Below are positions 28,601 through 32,000 of a stretch of 32,000 bases of DNA, piece after piece. The first letter of the stretch is position 1, and each line of letters begins with the position of its first letter. The notes under the pieces are model-generated. The model was not told the origin of the DNA. It was given only the letters and a program-made list of their open reading frames with translations, and did no database searches. The stretch is from Candidatus Saccharimonadota bacterium. Lineage in GTDB: Bacteria > Pseudomonadota > Alphaproteobacteria > CAJXXZ01 > 1604HC. Both the position numbers and the translations under genes were made by a program. Location of the stretch: positions 360,001 through 392,000 of the forward strand of contig NZ_CP043314.1 in the NCBI RefSeq assembly GCF_008189525.1, given 5' to 3'.

Positions 28601-29053
28601 ATCTACTTCACAGTGAATTGAATTATTAGCCTTGCTGTGCTTGTCATCTAAATTAAGTTTTTCTAAACTAAGTTCTTTCTCTGGTTTAGATTTAACTATC
28701 TCTAACTTAGATTTCATTAAATTTTCTAAATCAGACCAATATATAAAAGGGTTCTTAAGATCATTTTCGTAACTTTTACTAAGCAAGAAACAGAGATTTT
28801 TGTATCCTTCTGAGTTTTTACAATAAATCATTATGGATTTTTCATTTTCCAATTTTACTTCACACCCTGTTATTGGCTTTAAGCTAGAATTTATAAATTT
28901 TTCATTAAATTCCATAGCTCCAAACAAATTATGATTATCAATGAATCCGGCTCCTAAGAAATTATTTTTTGTCAAAAATTCAACTAACTTGTTTATTCTT
29001 ACAGTGCTGTCTAAAAGAGAGTATGAGGTTTTTATCCCTAGAGGAATGTACAT
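25625..29053 (-). CDS. dnaE: DNA polymerase III alpha subunit DnaE
   Basis: At 1142 aa, the protein has a PHP-like N-terminus, the polymerase core ([72 protein letters not shown]) and a C-terminal OB region. The PHP His ligands are replaced (PLGIKTSYS instead of HxHxHSxxS). Confidence 0.95.
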   Translation of the reverse strand: [1142 protein letters not shown]

Positions 29054-29249
29054 CTGCTAAATTTTAATTCTTTTTGCATGCTTTGTCTACTTATATACTC
29101 TTTGCAAACTAATTTGTAATAATCTTCATTAAAACCTTACTTATATTTTTATTTCTTTGTTCTGTTTTTCTATTCTGTTAAATTTTCTACAAAAACATAG
29201 TTCAAACTTCAATAAAGAAAATATTATAAAATCCAAGCATAAACTAAAA

Positions 29250-30074
29250 TCAGTTAAAGCTCGATGTTAAATGCATCTTCCCCATGGAACATGTATATGA
29301 TTTATCAAATAAATTTTTCCAATTTGGATTATGAGTAACGCAAATAAAGGTTATATTATTTTGCTTTGAAAAGCTTAAACATAAGTTGATTATTTTTTCA
29401 CCAGTTTGGTTATCTAAATTACCTGTAGGTTCATCAGCAAGTATAAGTTTAGGACTGCTTGCAAATGCCCTGGCTATTCCAACTCTCTGCTGTTCTCCTC
29501 CAGAAATAGCATTTACACTCTTATTCAAATGATCTGAAAGCCCTACTTGATCTAACCATAGTTTTGATATTTTTGTAGCTTTATTTTCACTTACACCTTT
29601 TATAAGCAAAGGCATTTTCACATTTTCCAGAACTGTAAAATCCTTCCACAATGAATGAGATTGAAAAATGTAACTTATTTTTCTTCTAAATTCATGTTCT
29701 GTAAAATCAATCAGGTTTTGACCTTCGAATAAAATCTTTCCTTCAGAAGGAGTTTCTAACTTACCAGCTAAATTCAGAAATGTAGATTTCCCACTTCCAG
29801 ACTTACCTTCTATAATCAACGATTCTCCCTTTGAGACTTCCAAAGAAACGTTTTTCAATACATAACTTTCCCCAGAATCCTTTTCTTCTAAACTCTTCTT
29901 TCCTGAGTTTTGTAAAACTTTTTCATTGCCCGATTCATAAGATTCATAATCAGATTTGTGATCAATTTCATGTTTAGTAGAATTACTTTTGTGGTTTTTG
30001 TTTTCATTAAGCTTGCTTGATTTGTTATTATTTTCGTCTGGATACTTAAAAAACACCTTGTCAAATTTTAACAT
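29250..30074 (-). CDS. lolD: Lipoprotein-releasing ABC transporter ATP-binding protein LolD-like (with an N-terminal low-complexity insertion)
   Basis: Walker [13 protein letters not shown] signature [13 protein letters not shown] and Walker [13 protein letters not shown] are present. The ATG overlaps the stop of the upstream permease gene (TAATG). Confidence 0.7.
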   Translation of the reverse strand: MLKFDKVFFKYPDENNNKSSKLNENKNHKSNSTKHEIDHKSDYESYESGNEKVLQNSGKKSLEEKDSGESYVLKNVSLEVSKGESLIIEGKSGSGKSTFLNLAGKLETPSEGKILFEGQNLIDFTEHEFRRKISYIFQSHSLWKDFTVLENVKMPLLIKGVSENKATKISKLWLDQVGLSDHLNKSVNAISGGEQQRVGIARAFASSPKLILADEPTGNLDNQTGEKIINLCLSFSKQNNITFICVTHNPNWKNLFDKSYTCSMGKMHLTSSFN

Positions 30075-31276
30075 TAGAAATTAATTCCTTTCAAAATATC
30101 TGTTTTGGTAGCTGATCTAGCGGCAAAGAATAATATAAAGCACATTATAAAAAAGGCAGAAAAGGTTATTATAACCAAGTCTAAAACTTCTATTCTAGGA
30201 AAGAATTCTGTAAAACCGAATGTATCTCCGTGAATAATATTTATACCCATTCTGTTTTTTATAAAACTCATAATATATGGGAAAATCTTTATCATAGACA
30301 CTCCAAATAATGTTCCTATTAAAACACTAGAAATACTCATAATTATGCTTAGATTAGCAAAAAGCCAAAAAATCTGTTTTTTGCTAGCTCCAAAAGCTTT
30401 AAGCAGACTTATGTCTCTAGTTTTTTCTGATATTAACATCCATAAACTGTTTGTGCTTTGAACCATTGCGCACAACACAAACAGACCTATGAATATCCCA
30501 ATCACCAAGTTCTGCATAACAAACATCTGTTTTAGGGAAGGGTTTGTGTCTTTCCAAGTCCATACGCTCAATGCATTTCTATTTTCTTTATAAACTTCTT
30601 TTTTATAATTCTCTATCTTTTCAGGATTAGTTGTATATACAGTATGTGTTTCTTCAGGATTTCCTATTGTATATTTATCCAACCCATGGCCAAGCGTGAA
30701 AATTACATTCCTGTCAAAAGAATGAAACCCTAAACTGAAAATACCAACAACCTTTGCTCGTATTTTTTTTATAGATATATTATTTGATCCAAATCCATGA
30801 GGTATCAGCAAATCTGCGTAACTTCCTATTCTTAATCCAAACTCTTTCGCAAGTTTCTGACCCACTGCAATTGATTCCACATCTCCAGTTTTATTTTTTT
30901 GGAATTTTTTGTTTATCCACTTATTTTGTATTATATAATCTATGTCTTCTGGATCTGCAGATACGATTTTCACACCTTTAGTGCTGCTATAATGATTTAT
31001 CATTCCATGTTTTTCAGAATTTTTAATAGACCTTACATACCAATCTTTTTTCTTTAGAAAATCAACTTTAAATCCTTTTTGAGACACTACATCCATATGT
31101 CCGTAAATATGCAAACTTTTTTGTAAAATAGATTCTTGGAAACCACGCATTATCGCTATGGTTTTTATTAGTATTCCTAAACTAAATCCTATACTGAGTA
31201 TAGTTATCCACATTACTTTTTTGGTTCTTTTTCCTGTCATAGATATATAAAAATACCTAAAAGCTAATCTTATCAC
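30074..31276 (-). CDS. lolC: Lipoprotein-releasing system permease LolC/LolE family (FtsX-like)
   Basis: The N-terminus (IRLAFRYF..TILSIGFSLGILIKTIAIMRGFQESI) is followed by a large periplasmic loop and a C-terminal FtsX domain with ISLLKAFGASKKQIFWLF. The topology is a 4-TM LolC/E type. The start is GTG. Confidence 0.7.
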   Translation of the reverse strand: MIRLAFRYFYISMTGKRTKKVMWITILSIGFSLGILIKTIAIMRGFQESILQKSLHIYGHMDVVSQKGFKVDFLKKKDWYVRSIKNSEKHGMINHYSSTKGVKIVSADPEDIDYIIQNKWINKKFQKNKTGDVESIAVGQKLAKEFGLRIGSYADLLIPHGFGSNNISIKKIRAKVVGIFSLGFHSFDRNVIFTLGHGLDKYTIGNPEETHTVYTTNPEKIENYKKEVYKENRNALSVWTWKDTNPSLKQMFVMQNLVIGIFIGLFVLCAMVQSTNSLWMLISEKTRDISLLKAFGASKKQIFWLFANLSIIMSISSVLIGTLFGVSMIKIFPYIMSFIKNRMGINIIHGDTFGFTEFFPRIEVLDLVIITFSAFFIMCFILFFAARSATKTDILKGINF

Positions 31277-31943
31277 TAAGTTAATAATATATAATTTAGT
31301 TTTTATATAAAAGTCACAAATCTATTTCTAGTGAATTTCAATACAACTAATTAAAATTGTAAGCATATAAATCACTTTAAAAATAAATCTAAATTCATAA
31401 AATAAACAGAAATAGATGATAAAAAACAAATAAATAAATTAGAATACATTATTGAATATAGTCTGAATATCTCTACTATTTTAAAGCAAAATAATTAAAT
31501 TGCGCATAATCTTATAAGCACTTTTAAACTCAGCTCTAATTATAAAATAAAAATTGTTAGACAAAATTCGACTGGATTACTCCAGCCATTTTTAGTGTAA
31601 GGTTTTAAGAAATGGGATTTTCTAGTAAATAAAAAATGAGGTACATCTTATTAGACATTTTAATTTTCTTACCCTCAGGTTTTATTCCTTATTTTTAAAC
31701 CAAATTTACAAAACATAGCAAAAACCATGATTAAAATTCAGCTTACTAAAGCTCTATATAAAATTAAAAAATTTATACAAAACTAATTCAAGATCGCAAT
31801 CAATGAATAAATTAAATACTGATCTAAATTAAAAAAAATTCAAATTAAATAAATATCTAGATTTATAAAATCAAACGACTCTTACAGTTATCTTATCAAT
31901 AATTTAAATATTAACAAGACTGATCTGTTTCAAGCTTTAAAAT

Positions 31944-32000
31944 TTAAGCTTCTTCAGATTCGTGTGAGGATTCGGATGGCCCCATAGATAGAACAACAAC
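31944..32000 (-). CDS. 3' end of an unidentified gene that runs off the window (...VVVLSMGPSESSHESEEA*)
   Basis: An open minus-strand frame runs from the window edge to TAA at 31944-31946. The local G+C is visibly higher than in the flanking spacer. It is too short to identify. Confidence 0.25.
   Translation of the reverse strand, partial: VVVLSMGPSESSHESEEA

Noticed and set aside
209-31000. There are many ORFs of 60-163 codons antisense to or overlapping the called genes. Examples are 209-493, 1030-1308, 1701-2120, 6625-7116, 9222-9482, 10419-10679, 16361-16546, 24100-24378 and 26684-26968.
   Set aside because: Each lies entirely inside a longer ORF that has clear conserved-family motifs on the other strand or in another frame. 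Their translations are low-complexity and rich in Phe, Ser, Ile and Leu, as expected for shadow frames in AT-rich DNA. None has a recognisable motif.
31277-31943. A 667-bp gene-free spacer upstream of lolC, considered as a possible ncRNA or pseudogene.
   Set aside because: I found no stable stems, conserved RNA motifs (tmRNA, RNase P, SRP, 6S) or residual protein similarity by eye. Only tiny ORFs of 20 codons or fewer are present. This cannot be supported without covariance-model or expression data.
1-32000. A possible alternative genetic code (UGA=Trp), as seen in some reduced genomes.
   Set aside because: All conserved genes are full length under the standard code. Trp positions in conserved motifs (for example WRGL in TssC and DRNWEL in Amn) are encoded by TGG. 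No conserved gene is broken at TGA.

Overview
The window is visibly AT-rich (about 30% G+C by eye) and uses the standard genetic code. It looks like a chromosomal segment from a Gram-negative, probably reduced-genome intracellular bacterium; a Rickettsiales/Holosporales-like origin is only an inference. Most genes are housekeeping: amn (3' part), rpe-like, era, rsmG, parA, parB, tadA, ligA, bamD-like, fabD, fabG, nusB-like, proS, an SPFH protein, tRNA-Val(UAC), dnaE and lolD/lolC. The main result is a fragmented type VI secretion system. A single ORF encodes TssB fused head-to-tail to TssC, followed by a divergent Hcp with an N-terminal extension. tssF-tssG lie about 3.3 kb away on the opposite strand, separated from the sheath genes by ligA and bamD. 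No other T6SS core genes are recognisable in the window. Other notable items: (1) a perfect 70-bp tandem repeat that re-duplicates the RBS, start codon and first 12 codons of parA, creating overlapping 25-codon upstream ORFs; (2) two orphan prepilin-type genes, one of 416 aa; (3) an apparent in-frame fusion of ribosomal proteins S6 and S18, followed by 866 bp of non-coding DNA where rplI might be expected; (4) a 6-copy, roughly 32-bp tandem repeat between dnaE and tRNA-Val; (5) many hydrophilic low-complexity insertions inside otherwise conserved enzymes (TadA, NusB, FabD, LolD, LigA, ParB, TssB). All calls rest on reading motifs in the supplied translations and the DNA. No searches were run.
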